Notes: a model not told the origin generated them from the letters alone. A DNA stretch of 64,000 nt from Callorhinchus milii (GCF_018977255.1 NW_024704742.1:100256001-100320000), one strand, 5' to 3'; counted from the stretch's first letter, positions 1 through 14,229 are shown. A program made the numbers and translations.

Positions 1-62
1 ATTTTCAGCAAAATACATATAAAAGAAATGAGAAGAGAGAATCTGCAGTACTTTGCCTTTTG

Positions 63-200
63 AGAACATAAAAACATAAGAAATACTAGACGAAAAAAGA
101 GCAAGGTCCATCTAGTTCGCCGTCCATCTTTCTGGCGGTCGCATGCACTATGTCCCAAACTACCTATGTGCTATATCCCATAATGTTATTTCCTAAAAGA
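63..200 (-). mobile_element. Old CR1-type LINE 3' end fragment
   Basis: Reverse complement of the CR1-like tail at 4990-5060 (GATGG..GGCGAACTGGATGGAC..TTCTTATGTTCT). Confidence 0.55.
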
Positions 201-351
201 AACTATGTAATCTGTGTTTGAAAGAATCAACACTTCGAGAGAAGTGAGAATGTCAACTGGGTGGTTCATTGGGTTACATTATTCTTTTACTTCTACTTCC
301 TGAGTTTGCATCAAAGGTAAATTGGACTAACCTTTTATTCGGGACCTTATC

Positions 352-1860
352 GAAAGGTTAGTCCAAAAGATAAAAGGTTAGTCCAAAAGATAAAGGCCCA
401 TGGAATTAGGGGGAGCATATTAACGTGGATTGGGGAATGGTTAATAGGTAGGAAACAAAGAGTAGGGATAAACGGGTCCTTTTCAGATTGGTGGGATGTG
501 ACTAGTGGAGTGCCACAAGGATCAGTCCTTGGGCCTCAGCTATTTACCATCTACATCAATGAACTAGATGAGGACATCAAAGTTAATATATCTAAATTCG
601 CGGATGACACAAAACTAGGAGGAAGTGTCAACACAGAGAACGACATTAAAAAAATGGAGCGAGACATAGATAGGTTAGGTGATTGGGCAGGTAGGTGGCA
701 GATAATAATAATAATAATAATAATCCTTGCATTTGATATAGCGCTTTTCACGTCGGGAGGACGTCCCAAAGCACTTCACAGAACACACTGTAAAGTGAAT
801 TGACTGTATATTTGTGGGCGAACGCGGCAGCCAATTGCGCACAGCAGTGTCCCACAAACAGTCGTAGATTGAAAATGACCAATTTATTACTGTTTTTGGT
901 TTTGGAGGGATTATTATTAGGCGTGTGGAGTAAGGAAACTTGCCCAAGGTTTCGCCCTGCCTGGAATTGAACTCAGGTCTCTCACTTGCAAAGCGAGTGC
1001 TCTAACCACTGAGCCACAGGACTCCACGTGATGAAGTATAATGTAGGGAAGTGCAAAGTCATCCACGTAGGTAGCAAAAACAGTAGAGCGGGTTATTTTT
1101 TAGAAGGGGAGAGATTGGTATGTGTTAGTGTCCAGAGGGACTTGGGTGTCCTTGTACACCAATCACAGAAAGTTAGTCTGCAGGGGCAGCAGCAATTAGG
1201 AAGGCGAACGGTATGTTAGCATTCATTATGAAAGGATTAGAGTATAAGAGTAGGGAAGTCTTGCTGCAACTGTATAGGGCCCTGGTGAGACCACACCTGG
1301 AATACTCTGTGCAGTTTTGGTCTCCTGATTTAAGGAAGGATGTACTTACCTTGGAGGGGGTGCAGCGTAGATTTACTAGGCTAGTACCAGGGATGAAGGG
1401 GATGAGTTACGAGGATAGACTGACCAATTTGGGCCTATATTCTCTAGAATATAAAAGAATTAGAGGGGATCTTATAGAAACCTATAAGATCATCAAAGGG
1501 CATGATAGAGTAGATAGTGGGAGATTGTTTCCCCTGGTTGGAGAAACTAAAACCAGGGGTCACAACCTTAAAATCAGAGGCCAGCCCTTTCGCACTGAGT
1601 TGAGGAAGAACTTCTTCACTCAAAGGGTGGTGAATGTATGGAACTCACTACCCCCAAAGGGCTGTTGACGCTCAGTCCTTGAACATATTCAAGACTGAGA
1701 TAGATATATTTCTTATTGTAAAAGGGATTACGGGATATGGGGATAAGGCAGGGTTATGTTATTAGCTGGAGTTAGATTAGAAGATCAGCCATGATTGAAT
1801 GGCGGGGCAGGCTCGAAGGGCCGAATGGCCTACTCCTGCTCCTACATGTTATGTTATGTT
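352..1860 (+). mobile_element. 5'-truncated CR1-family LINE (RT C-terminal half plus 3' UTR), interrupted by a SINE
   Basis: Translations TSGVPQGSVLGP, KFADDTKLGG, YNVGKCKVIH, LYRALVRPHLEY, TRGHNLKI, FFTQRVVNVWNSLP. 3' end GGCTCGAAGGGCCGAATGGCCTACTCCTGCTCC followed by (ATGTT)n. Frameshifts near 1190 and 1660. Confidence 0.95.
704..1025 (-). mobile_element. Full-length tRNA-headed SINE inserted into the CR1
   Basis: Near-identical reverse complement of 16389-16715. Splits CR1 at TGGCAGAT|GAAGTATAATG, which is contiguous in the copy near 23160. Confidence 0.93.
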
Positions 1861-4779
1861 AAATTGATGACATGCAAGTCTCCACTCTGATAACCGTTCA
1901 TGAACTGAGTTTGAATGCAACATATTTCCTTGTGGGCATGATTCTATATGACAAAAATTGTCTATAATTTGACAAAAATTAGTAATCTCATTCAGAGAAG
2001 TCATGAAGGTGGCTGCTAGTGAGAAGATGGTGTGGGAAGTAAACATGTTCACACTAGTACAAGAGGATGTGTGCTGACGTTAATTAATATTTTGCATTTG
2101 ATACACTATCTATAATGTTAATACTTCTCAAAGTGATTCACAGTGATTTTTGTGGGCAAACACACAGTCAATTTGTGCACACCAGTATCCCACAAACAGC
2201 TATGAAGCAAATGACCAATTTTATCTGGTGGATTGTTGACCAGGGAACCAGATAAACTCGCTTCCCTTTGCAATTAGGAACTCGATACAGCACTTTTTTT
2301 TCCCCAAAGGACAGCACCCATCACAATGCATTATTGTCCTACTGCTTTTCTGGAGTGTCAGCCTAGAATGTGAGCTCAAAAGTTCAACATGGGTCTTCAA
2401 ATTCTAGCCGCCTGATCCAGAAGCAAGCGATGCTATCAACCAAGCCAAGGAAGGTAAATTTTTTGACACAGTGGGGGTCTCTTTAAACCAGACTGCAATA
2501 TGTGCTCTTTATCATGCTAGAGTGTTTGATCTAAGAATTACTTAAGACATAAATGAAGTTGAGACTGACAAAGAGGACCAGAATGTTCAGTCACAAAATG
2601 TAATTGAAAGCTTAAAGAGAAATTCTCTGCAGGAAAGTGAAGCACATTCATGAAGTAAATACTATTTGTGAGGTCCATTTAAATGCCACACATGGGAATG
2701 TACCTTGGAGGAAACTACTTCACATCTGAGAATGAGATTAAAGAAAATCAGTTGGAGCAGCCACATCTACATTGCATAGGATATTTGCCTTGGCTGATAA
2801 CTTTGGAGACATGTGAAAGTTGGACAGAAACCAGTGGGGCACCAGCGAGTACTTTGATAGCATCTGTTGCCAAATGATATCATTGACTGCCAGAACTGAA
2901 ATTTTAGTTTGATCAAGTAAATTTGTTCACATCATGATGCCTTCAAAATACTACCAGGGGAGCTGGGTTTCCATATTAATGTGCCCTGGAGTGATATTTA
3001 TAATAATATAATTATTATAATCCTTGCATTTGATATAGCACCTTATCACGTCTCTGTTTATGTTGCTTCATTTGCTCCTGGCAAATCCACATCAGATTAA
3101 TTATAATGCAAGACTGGATGAAAGTGATTGTTTTCAATAAGTATCAAATCCAAGATAGTTATGCTTTTGGCTCATGCTATTGCAGACTAACCCAGTGTCA
3201 TAAAAAAGTGTCATATGATCTTTAGCCTTTTTACTGACAAAATATCGAATTATAATTATATTCTCCCTCCATCTACTGATGTGATATATAGGCCTGAAAA
3301 CCCACTTGGTAAAAGCCTAAAAAACCATTTTGTCTTAAACAATATTAAGATTATGCAGAAGTATGGAGAATTCTTAAATCCAATTTTAATCCTGAAATAG
3401 GGTTTCCACAGTAGTTAAAGACAAATTACTTTAGAATTAAGACTGAATTTCAGAATATTTCACTATTTTTACATGATCTTGATTTTTAACACAAAATATT
3501 GTAGCAATGAAAGAATTGGCAGCCCTGTGTACGATTCAGGTCTCCAGAGGTGAAGTGAAGTAGATAGGATTAGTTTGATTATCAGTTTCATCATCTTGTT
3601 CTCATAAATCGTCCAACGCTGCATCAAGATTTGATGAAGTGGAGGCTACACTACTTTGTTTTCAAATATTTCTACTTCATTTTGAAATTAATTCAGATTT
3701 ATGTCCCCTGCGGTATAATAGCTTATCATGAAGTCAGTCTCAGACCCATGATCTCAGGTTCATCTCATCCAGAGAAATAATCAATAACACTTTTAGCACA
3801 TAAATGAGGAAATGTGAATATATTTTGTAGAACAATAAAATACAGTTATTTCTTATGGTAAATCATTAAGAATCTTTGAAGTCAGGTTTTACCGATTTAC
3901 ATCATAAACACGCAGATATTTGGGTGGAATTGGATCAGTACAAAATGATTTTGTCCAGAAAAAAAAGTCTTTGGATGAGATGTTAAACCAAGGTCCTATA
4001 GGCCTTTCCTGGTGGACATTAAAGATCCTATGGAACTATTGGAAAAGAGAAGGGAGTTTTTCATTTTGTCCTGACCAAACAATCCCCCCCAAAATTGTCC
4101 ATTTGCCTCATGGCTATTTGCGGGATGTTGCTGTGTGTAATTTGGTGGCTGTTTTTTTTCACAAAACATAATCACTCCACTTTAATAATCCAGTGGAAGC
4201 TGGTTAAGACAGACTCATCAGGGACGGACGTTTTGTCCAGCTTAAGAGGTGTCGGAGGTTAGATGAAATACCACTCCTGCCCAGCAGAGGAGCGGCGGTG
4301 TATGTAATATGTAATAATATTGTTTCACTTGTAACAAACAGAATACCAAATTAATTATAATTATGCACATTTATTGTTTTATAAACCTGAGCTTTCAGGT
4401 TGATAAGACAATGAATGACTTTCACAGACTAAATAAGCAATAAGCCCAAAGACGGAGTCATCATAAACGTACTGGAGCTATTTATTGGTGAATGCATTTG
4501 GTAACTTTGACATGAATATATTTTATTTACGCTATTGTTGTGTAGTTTGGTGGTTTGGTTGAAAAAACAGTATCTACCGCACCTATTTGAGTAATGAAGT
4601 CAGTGACAGGTTATGTTTTCGCAGTTAAACATTTCTAACCTGGCAAAGGTACATTGAGGAGACTTATGCAAAATTATTCCAACATAATATAGTCTAATAA
4701 CCAAGATAGATATGCTTTGTTTGAAAGAAATAATTTTATTTTGTTTTCATAGGAAGGGTGTATGGATGTACTTGTATGT

Positions 4780-5060
4780 GTTTTTTAACTGAGAGATGAT
4801 AAGAGGATATCCAATGAGGTATATAAAAATAATTTGAAAAGGAAAAAAGAATGAAACAGGCTCCTTAGGCAGACAGTGGAAGCAGAAAATCTTGTTTGTT
4901 TCAAGAACAAATTAGATAGATCTCTGCTAGAAAATAATATGTCAGGATACAGTATGTAGTTTGGAACACAACATGTCAAGTGACTGCCAGGATGGTGGAA
5001 GGCGAACTGGATGGACTTGGTCTTCTTTCGCCTAGCAAATTCTTACGTTCTTATGTTCTT
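4780..5060 (+). mobile_element. Degenerate CR1-type LINE 3' fragment
   Basis: Remnants of LRDDxxEVYKI and LPxQTVEA..FKNKLD; tail TTCTTACGTTCTTATGTTCTT. Confidence 0.6.
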
Positions 5061-8000
5061 AGAATCCCATCTGCTAAACAAAACACACCCGTGGTTCCAT
5101 TCAAAACAACAGCAATTTAAACGTCTCCAGTAGCTTTTACATTGGAGAATGTCTCATAGAGCTTCACAAAGGCTAAGCGAGAGCCTGAGCTGGAAGGGAG
5201 CTAGGAGGGTGCAGGATGGTGTCTGAAAGCACAGTTAAAGAAAATAAGTAGGCCCTTAGGGGGGTTTGAAAGCAAAGGGGGAAAGGGCAATATGGAAAGA
5301 TTTTGGGAGAGAGTTCCAGAAGGTGGAGGCATTTAGTTGAAGTCTCGTCCAACAAGTCAGCTTGTCTAAAAGTTAGTTTGTGGTGTAGAATGAATTTGGG
5401 GTACAAGAATGGGTTATAGGATGGATTGTGGATGTGGGATGGTGTGTAATGTGGAATGGAAAATGGATAGAAATGGGATGAGGGTTGTGGAGCAAAATGA
5501 GAAATGGGACAGGGAACAGTCATAAATAGGATATGAGTGGTACAGGTGTTAAACATGGTGGGCTGTGAGTTGGAAGCTGTTTTTCTGCCATTCTAATAAA
5601 GGAACTCACTTCCAAATTAAGATTGAGTTTAAGAATTTTCCACAATTCTGTCCAATATTAAATTTTAAGTCAAATGGCCTTCCAAGTTAAGATTTAGTGA
5701 AATTTAAGTTTCAGACATCCTTTATTTTCCATTTGTGCTGAGCTGCACAGTTCTATGCTGACAATTTGTGTTCAAAAGGAACATCCTGGAACTGATTTGA
5801 GAGCACTGAACCAGTGTATCTGACTAAACAGAGATGTTCATACTGTCAGTTTGGGTTGGATTTGAGCCCAGTGCATATAGTAGTAATAAAAAAAAGCTAG
5901 ATGAGTTATTTAATTCTATTTTGAATTCAAGAATCTTGTCCTCACATTCACATTCCTTCCTTCGTCTGCGATCTTCTGCACCCTACTGCCCCGTCTGCTT
6001 CCTCCGTTCAGTGAACTTAGTATTCCATGTATGATCTGCCCAAACATCGGTGAATGAGCTTTCAGCCATTCTGCCCTGTGCATCGAATTCCATCTCCGAA
6101 TGCCTCCATCTCAGCCCCTCCTCTCTCCACTGTCGGTAAATTTACTGTCAATTGGAAAATCACCCCAGGACATTGATCATAATGAATTAGTTAACAGCTG
6201 AAACCTGTGAAATGTTGTTATTTTTATCCCTTTTCTTTAAAGTGCATTGTTAGAGTCTGAAGTGATAAGCCTTTCTTTGCTCTGCTTACAGAAAATGACG
6301 CAAACATCTGCAGGCACACTTCAAACTGTTCACTCTGTCACCTGCAATGAATCACCCAGGATGAATTTATTGTTTTTTCTGGAAAGCTGTGCCGTGAGAC
6401 TGAATGGAACAAACACCTGCAATAATGACCTCTTCACAACCATCACAAATAGGAATAGATAGTGAAAACTATGACGCATGATGGGCTAATTACTGGTGAC
6501 AATTCTCACATCATAGTACATTCCTCTCTCATGTATCAACTGGCTGCGGGCATGACTCATCTGCCCTCCCCACTCCCCTCCCCCCCACTCTCCATTTCTC
6601 TGTTCGTTTCTCACATCCTTTTATAATGTTTATTCTTCGACTGCTTATTCCATTCTCTTTTGCACAAGGTTGGTCTGGGTAAAGAAGGCCCTTCAGCCCA
6701 TCTGATTTTATCCCTCCAGAACACCTTACCTGTCTGCAACATTCCTTCATGTTTGCATCAAGCTGCTTTTTAAATGAGTCTGGTATCCTAGTCCCTATCA
6801 CCTTTCCTGGCAACCTGTTCTAGTTGTTTGGTATACCTTGCAATGATTACCCTCTTGGTAGCCCTTTACCACTCTAAATCTATTTCCTTTCGTTCTACCA
6901 TCCTAAACCATCCTAAAGTATTGATCTAGGTTTATCTTTTCAATTCCATTAAAAATTTTGACCACCTCTATGAGTTCTCCTCTGAGTCATCTTCTCTCAA
7001 AAATATATTTGACTTGACTGTACTAGGCACTTGTAGTAATGTGTTCCACATCCTTGGTAAAAAAAACTGCATGTCTTTTCCCTTTATGATTTTAAAAGCC
7101 AATAGGTATTTTCCTTTACTGTTAAAAAGCTTAGAAACATACAATCCACTATTACAGTATAAAATTCCTATCACTTTTTTTTAAAATTCATACAGCTTTG
7201 GTAAATTTTTATCATCAGATCATTTAATCAAGTGTACAAACGTCTACCTAAGAAGGTAACACTTCACTTTTCTACTGCAACCCACTGGGGAATAAAGTCT
7301 GTGTGCAAATTACTTCTTTTACTTCTTGTTGCTTCTTTTACTGGAAGATTATCTTAAAGTAACCGCAGCAGTCTTTATCTGGACCATGGCACACACTAAA
7401 CGTAAATTACTGCAGTACATAATCAACAACAGATAAGAGATTAATCTGTGTGAACACTCACTAGGCATACCCAGTTATGTTTGATACTAATAAAAGGTTG
7501 GATGTTTCTGCCTATTTTTTGTGAAAGAGGTTATTCACACTCAGTTGTCTTTATCTGCTGCTAATTGTGCATCGATTTTTCCCAGCCTTTTGGGCATTGT
7601 GCTGTAAAACTAAATTGCTTGTCTACTTTCTGGAATACTTCAGATGTTTATGGTCATTGAAGCATACACAAGCCTCTGTATTCTTGTGCATTGGGTATTT
7701 TCCCTCAACAATGGATTTCATTTTAAACAAACAGAAACCTAATGTTTTTAATCCTATAAACCAGCCTATAGTAACAATTCCATTACCAGTTGTCAAACAA
7801 ATCCTATTATGTATTCTAGCTCCTACGATAACTCAATTGTTCACGTTACTGATCAGAGTGGAAATGAGACATGCCGAACCAGAAAGACACGTTGATTCTT
7901 GATCAGTGCTGAGTTAACAGATTTCAGTCAAGGTGATGATATTGGTTAAGAATGGAAAAATCAGACAGAGTTTACTTTCCAGTAACCTTTGCAGGAAAGT

Positions 8001-10418
8001 TCATATGTATTGATAGTGAGGCTCAACTTATGATTATAGTGATCTTTTTCTAATCATTCAAATGAAATTCTTTTCAAAAAGATTGTGACTTTGAATGATC
8101 AGTATATGTTAACACCATTGAGTGAGGATAGGATTGGATTTAAGGGGAATGCCTCCGACTCGTACTGTCCAGTCTCACTTGAAAAATAATCTCAGCACAG
8201 GAATGGACAATGACCAAATCATCTGTATGGAGAACATGGAAATTGACAGTTTAGAAAGAGTATTATGGAACTTGATTACAAGTCAGACTTTATTTCTATC
8301 TAGCTTGGTGAATGGAAACTACCCTGGAAAATACATTACACAGTTAAGGGATTTATTTTGCCATGTTTGACCCAATACAAGGATCGATCATGTTGAGATT
8401 ATGGACTAGCCTCCTCAGAAGAGATATGAAAGCTAACGAATGAAGAAATTAATTTGATCTTTAAGGTACAATGAGCATACTTACAATACAAAAGGTTTGT
8501 ATATCACGCCCCACCCCCATCCACCCCGCGGACACCAAATTTATGGGATTAGAATTTAAAAAAGCACCTCTTGACCTTGACAGTGAATGAAACTACACCT
8601 GAGGTGCATTTAATATAAACTGAAGTATAAATATACATCTGTTGCGAACTAGAAATGACTGAGAATCCACTTGAAGGACTGGGGGAAGTAATTTACGGAC
8701 CTCTTGCTGTTGTATAAAGCTTTTATATATTTAGGCATTGACAAATCAATGGCAAATTACAGAAATGTTGGGTCTCAATACAGTGGGACGTCCTCCCGAC
8801 GTGAAAGACACTATACAAATGTAGTTTTGTTGTTGTTGTCTTTCAAGGGATTATCATCCTGAGGAAATAAACCATAAATGGATCTGTCCCAAATTCCTGC
8901 TTTTTAAAAAGTTAGTTTTCACTTTTCCCATTCTCAAGTGAAGATGCTGACTTACACTCCATAGGTGCTGGGAGTTTTCTGGCATCTCCGCATTCACCAT
9001 GTGTGATCCTAGAAGGTGTCAGCTTGGTTCAGTAGCATTCTCATCTGTGGGTCAGAGAGTGCTGAAGTTTAGCTCCACTTTGAGTTTTGCCCTCCTAGTC
9101 TAGGCTGTCACTCCTTGCTGTGTAGAAAATGACTGCTGGGCTTGCCTGCATAAATAGATAGTGATTACTGTAAAGCATGTTGAGACATTTCAATGAGACA
9201 ATATAAAATGTTAACGTAAATGTTAAAAAAAAAATTCTTCGAAAATGATTGTGGCCAATAACAAACCACAACATTGAGTCATGTCAGAAAATATAGTTAC
9301 TGACTACAGAATCTAATTACATGTTAGAATCTTTCTTTAGTTTTTATGATATTACAGAATGTTCTTAGATAGGTAAATTGTATTCGATCAATTTAAATTC
9401 CTCCAGATCTGAACCTTCAGCTGACATTTATGGTGAAGCCAATGTAATGATTTTACTTTTTTTTGTTCCCTCTTTTCATTATTTTCACTCACTTCTGAGA
9501 GATGAACCATTTTCTTGGCTGATCGAACCAAGGTTGACAGTGTAATAACAATTTAATGTGAAAATATGAAGGAGGTGGAGAGAATATATTTCAATTCAAA
9601 AAATGACCAGACCAGTGTGAAGCAATTCACTACAACCACAGCTCTGCTTGTAGCTGCAGATAGGAGAGGACATGAATATCATACTTCTGGGCATCAACCA
9701 CATTATAATAGTAATTGCCTTGTCACATTGATCTTTCAATAGATAACCTTAGGCAAAGCAATCTCCATAATCAGTGACCAAAACACATTTTGAAATCTGA
9801 ATTAAGCAGCAGTGGATGTACTGCATCATCAAAAAAAAATTCAGAAATACAGTGACTCATTTTTCTAATTCCTTGATCTTTTCTTTTGAAATATTACTCA
9901 CTGTCTTGGCTCACTGATTTCTTCGCTGCTGTCTGCGCTATTAGTTTTCTTAATACAGGAACAGAGTTGCCTTTGTCATTGGGACCCTTTCATTTTAATG
10001 ATTGGAAGCACGTGTTTTCTTCTCACTAAATCTCCTCAATTAATTGTGGTAACATATACAGTTATTCAAATAGGAGGATCTTAACCAAGCAGTACTGCCT
10101 CATCCAATCTTCCTTCCCTATTAAGATCTAAATTCCCTTCAGCCATAATTTATAGCTTTCTGAAATGGTAATTCAACAAAAATACAGGGGCTGAACAACA
10201 AAGATTACAGTATGATTGTCGGGTGACTTTATCATTAAGGTTGAACTGAATAATTGTGGATGTTATACCAAGCATGAAATAATTATTCACATTTGTTCTT
10301 TGGTTTAGGGCTGAAAGTTGACCTACAGAAAATATAAAATATTCTTTTTTGCCCACAAGTTATACAGTCAATTCACTTTACAGTATATCCTGTGAAGAGC
10401 TTTGAGACATCTTAACAA

Positions 10419-11400
10419 CAACAACAACAACAACAAGATTCCATTTATAAAGCGCCTTTCACGTCAGGAGGACGTCCCAAGGCGCTGCACAGTTGGGTCA
10501 TGACCCGAGCAGGGGGGAAATGGTCAGGGTGAGGGGAGGGAAGGGAGGGAGCGAGGAGGGGGGAAATGGTCAGGGTGAGGGAAGGGAGGGAGCAAGGAGG
10601 GGGAAATGGTCAGGGTGAGGGGAGGGAAGGGAGGGAGCGAGGAGGGGGAAGAGAGTCGAGAGGGGAGCTGAAGGCACGGTCAAAGAGAAAGGTTTTGAGA
10701 CCGGCCTTGAAGGAGGAAAGGGAGGAAGCGGCGAAGGCACTGGGGGATGGAGTTCCAGAGCCTGGGGGCTGAGAGGCTGAAGGCCCGACCACCGATGGTA
10801 GGGCGGTTGGGGCGGGGGACGTGGAGCAGACCAGAGCCAGAGGAACGGAGGGTACGGGCAGGTAGGTAGGGGGATAGTAGGTTGGAGAGGTAGGAGGGAG
10901 CAAGGCCGTGAATGGCCTTGTAGGTGAGGATGAGGATCTTGAAATCAATCCTCTGGGGGATGGGGAGCCAGTGGAGGTGAGCGAGGGTGGGAGTGATGTG
11001 GTCGCGAAGCCTGGTGCGGGACAGTACACGAGCTGCAGAGTTCTGAATGACCTGCAGCTTGTGGAGGGAGGTGGCGGGAAGGCCGGCGAGGAGAGAATTC
11101 CCATAGTCCAGCCTTGAGGTGACAAAGGCGTGGACCAGGGTTTCAGCAGCGTGAGGGGTGAGGTAGTGCCGTAGTCTGGCGATGTTCCGAAGGTGATGGA
11201 AGGCGGTGCCAGTTGTGGTGCGGATGTGAGGGAGAAAGGACAGCTCAGGGTCGAACAAAACGCCGAGGTTCCTGACTGGCTTTGAGAGGTGGAGAGTGCA
11301 GCCTTGGATGCTGATGGTGTCAGCGCCTGAGGTGCGGAGGCGCTGACGTGAGCCAATCAGGAGGGCCTCGGTTTTTCGCACATTGAGCTGAAGAAAGTTG
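10419..11400 (-). mobile_element. Young 5'-truncated L2-family LINE with target-site duplication
   Basis: ORF 10680-11381 ([64 protein letters not shown]), (TTG)n tail, TSD TCTTAACAA at 10410-10418 and 11401-11409. A ~47-bp purine-rich unit is triplicated at 10511-10650. Confidence 0.95.
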
Positions 11401-13127
11401 TCTTAACAAAGTGATAAAGTGCTATATTAAATGAAAGGATTATTAGTATTACAGAAAGGATTGGAGGAAGCTGAGAATGCTCTACATCATTTTGCCAGAC
11501 TATAATCATGCCTTTAGCAAAATTGTCCTGGAGTCATGTAGAAGTCTAATTTGAGAGAGTGTCAAATGTGGCTAATAAATGCTACAGGCACTTGGATGCG
11601 TATCAGGCTGGGTCTATGGAACTCCACTGGGCTACCAACACTAATAGTCTGATGGGCATACCTTGAATCTGTGAAACTTTTTACAAGGAAATCCACAGGG
11701 TCACTAAACTGTGAGAATAATGCACTCCCATCAATTTTTATGTTGTGGGTTTTTTTCAAGCACCCATGGGAGATATTGCTGAAGACAGATAGTTTTATTG
11801 TGTTTCACTCCCATCACTGAGATTGCTGGTGCCCTACACAGAACGGCTGGTCAATAAATTCACTTAAACTAGATACAAAAAAACAGCATTTCTCTGACTG
11901 GAATTTCAAAAGCACAGGCTATAATACATTGAATACAAGGAATCCTATGGGTCACCTCAGCAAAAAAAAATACTTGTTCAGTGTGCAGATGGTAGTAGAT
12001 GATCCAAGAAAGTTAATGCATTACTTAATCCCCAAGAGGCACCTACAACTATTTTATTCTGAATTCATCCACAGCACCTGATTTGGTTGAAAGAGGTGGT
12101 TTATACAATATGAACATGGTAATGGGAGGAGAATATTCAACTCATTATGGACCGATTTAAGACAGGACAGGATAGGACCTCAGTTTAACACCTCATCCAA
12201 TGGATGGCACCTCAGACAATGCTATACTCCCCCCAGCATTGCACTGAAATGTCATCTTAGACTATGTGATTCCAAGTCCCAAGGTCTCCAATTTTTCTTT
12301 CAAATCAAATTCTCCTTAGTCCATTATCTCCCAAACTCCTTTAAACCTTTGATTAAAAGATATCCTGTCTAAATTAATCAAATGTTCAAACCTGTTTTTG
12401 CATAACAACTGAAAGGCTCAATAAGGGTCTTTTTTAATATTGGGAGCCAACCTATCTTTGGATCTCCGCAGGCAGTTGTATGGAATGTTTTCTTCAAATA
12501 ATTCAGTAATAATATTTCTCTTAACTGGGGCCTTCCTGGTCAGCATGGCACAGCTTGCTGCCTTAATTCAGCTTTAATAAGAACAGACACATTGTCTGTT
12601 TCAAAAAGTCTGAACAAGGTAACTCAATCAGCAACTAAACTGTGCTCATTACACCATACAGATGCAGAATTTGGTTCAATTCCTCACCTGTCCTGAATCA
12701 GCTGATCCCAATGAGGGCAGCACTATGGTTAGCCTCAGTAGCCCCAGCCTAGGAAATAGGATTTCCACTCCTGATCAATATCCAGTGACACTTGCTGGAA
12801 ATAGCACCTCAAATGAGGATTAGATCAGATTTGGCTCGACAGGTAGGATGAATTTTTAATGCTTGCCCCTTTGAACTCATCTTAAATTGAGATACGCATA
12901 CGGTCTCTGGCATTTTGGTTTTCTCTCTGCCTTGCCCCCTGCTCTGCTACCTCCAGGAGACGGTAAGTTTGATTTCTCCCTGACATTGAGTTTCTTGATG
13001 GAAAATCATCCTTGATTTTCTGTTTAGCCCATTGATGACTGTCTCAAGAGCTGCATTGATGAACAGAAACATAGGAAGCCAGGAAAAGGAGGAAGTCATT
13101 TAGCCCCTGTGTGTCAATCCATCTCAG

Positions 13128-13545
13128 GGTTGCACTCTCATTTCTGAGTCAGAGGTTGTGAGTTTAAGTCCCACGTTGAACCTTGGAATTACATTGTCTA
13201 AGCTGACACTGCAATGCAGTACTGGGAGTGTTGCATTGTTGGAGGTGACATCTTTCGGATGAGATGTTAAACAGTCCATTCTGCCTGTTCAGGTGGATGT
13301 TAAAGATCCCATGGCACAATTCAAAAAAAAATGGAGTTTCTCTTGGTGTCCTGGCCAACAATCCCCCAAATAAAATAGGTTATTCACTTTATGGCTGTAT
13401 GTGGAATATTGCTGTGCACAATTGACTGCTGCATTTTGCCTACAAAATACACAGTCGATCCACTTTACAGTATATCCTGGGAAGTGCTTTGAGACGTCTC
13501 AATGACATGAAAAGGCACTATATCAAATACAAGAATTATTATTGT
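13128..13545 (+). mobile_element. Deu-domain-type SINE (older family)
   Basis: Head GCACTCTC..TCTGAGTCAGAGGTTGTGAGTTTAAGTCCCAC, central TCTTTCGGATGAGATGTTAAAC..AGGTGGATGTTAAAGATCCCATGGCAC resembling the Deu domain, L2-like tail. Related copies near 2090-2450(-), 3970-4150(+), 41075-41305(+), 47340-47900(-), 50230-50590(-), 59670-59830(+). Confidence 0.75.
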
Positions 13546-14229
13546 TATAACATAAAGGAGTTCACAGTATCATAAAATTCACAGTGTGTACACACAACAC
13601 ATGTGTTATACAAATGTAATTTTGTATTTTGAAGCACATAGTGAGTGACTCCTTCAGAATTGTAGATAATTTCTCTCACACCTCTCTCTCCTACAAAATT
13701 AACAAGTAATCTTAGCTTACCTTTCATTTACTGCTCTGCAATAGTTCTTGACCATTTGTTTCACAGAGAAATGGTTCAGTTGACTGACTACAAGCTTTAC
13801 TTGGGAAGATTCCAACATGATTCCAATCATTATTGGAAAATTATCAAGATGGAATAAAAAGGGCTCAGCAACATTACAGCATGGAGAAGCATTTTGCAGT
13901 GTAACAGATACTCACTGATATTCCCATAGGCTTTAGTTTGTACCTGAGCATAACTGATAATAATTTTATGAATATAATTGTTCCAGGAAACAGAGTACAA
14001 TTACAAATACTATACAACTGTTCCAGAAAAGACTAAACTAATTCAGATTTGCAAAAGGAAACTCTCCCAGTATTTGCTATGTACTATAAATATCAATGCG
14101 ATTTACTTTTTAAAGTAACTAATTCTGCATTTACACTGAGTTAGTGTGAATTTCATTCCTCCTCAAACCAGTTCCTCCAGACAGTTTCAGAAGTGTGACT
14201 TCAATGTGATTTGCATTTTCCGAGAGCCC

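Noticed and set aside
2545..2652. Possible terminal exon DINEVETDKEDQNVQSQNVIESLKRNSLQESEAHS*
   Set aside because: Short, weak acceptor, unrecognised peptide and no linked exons.
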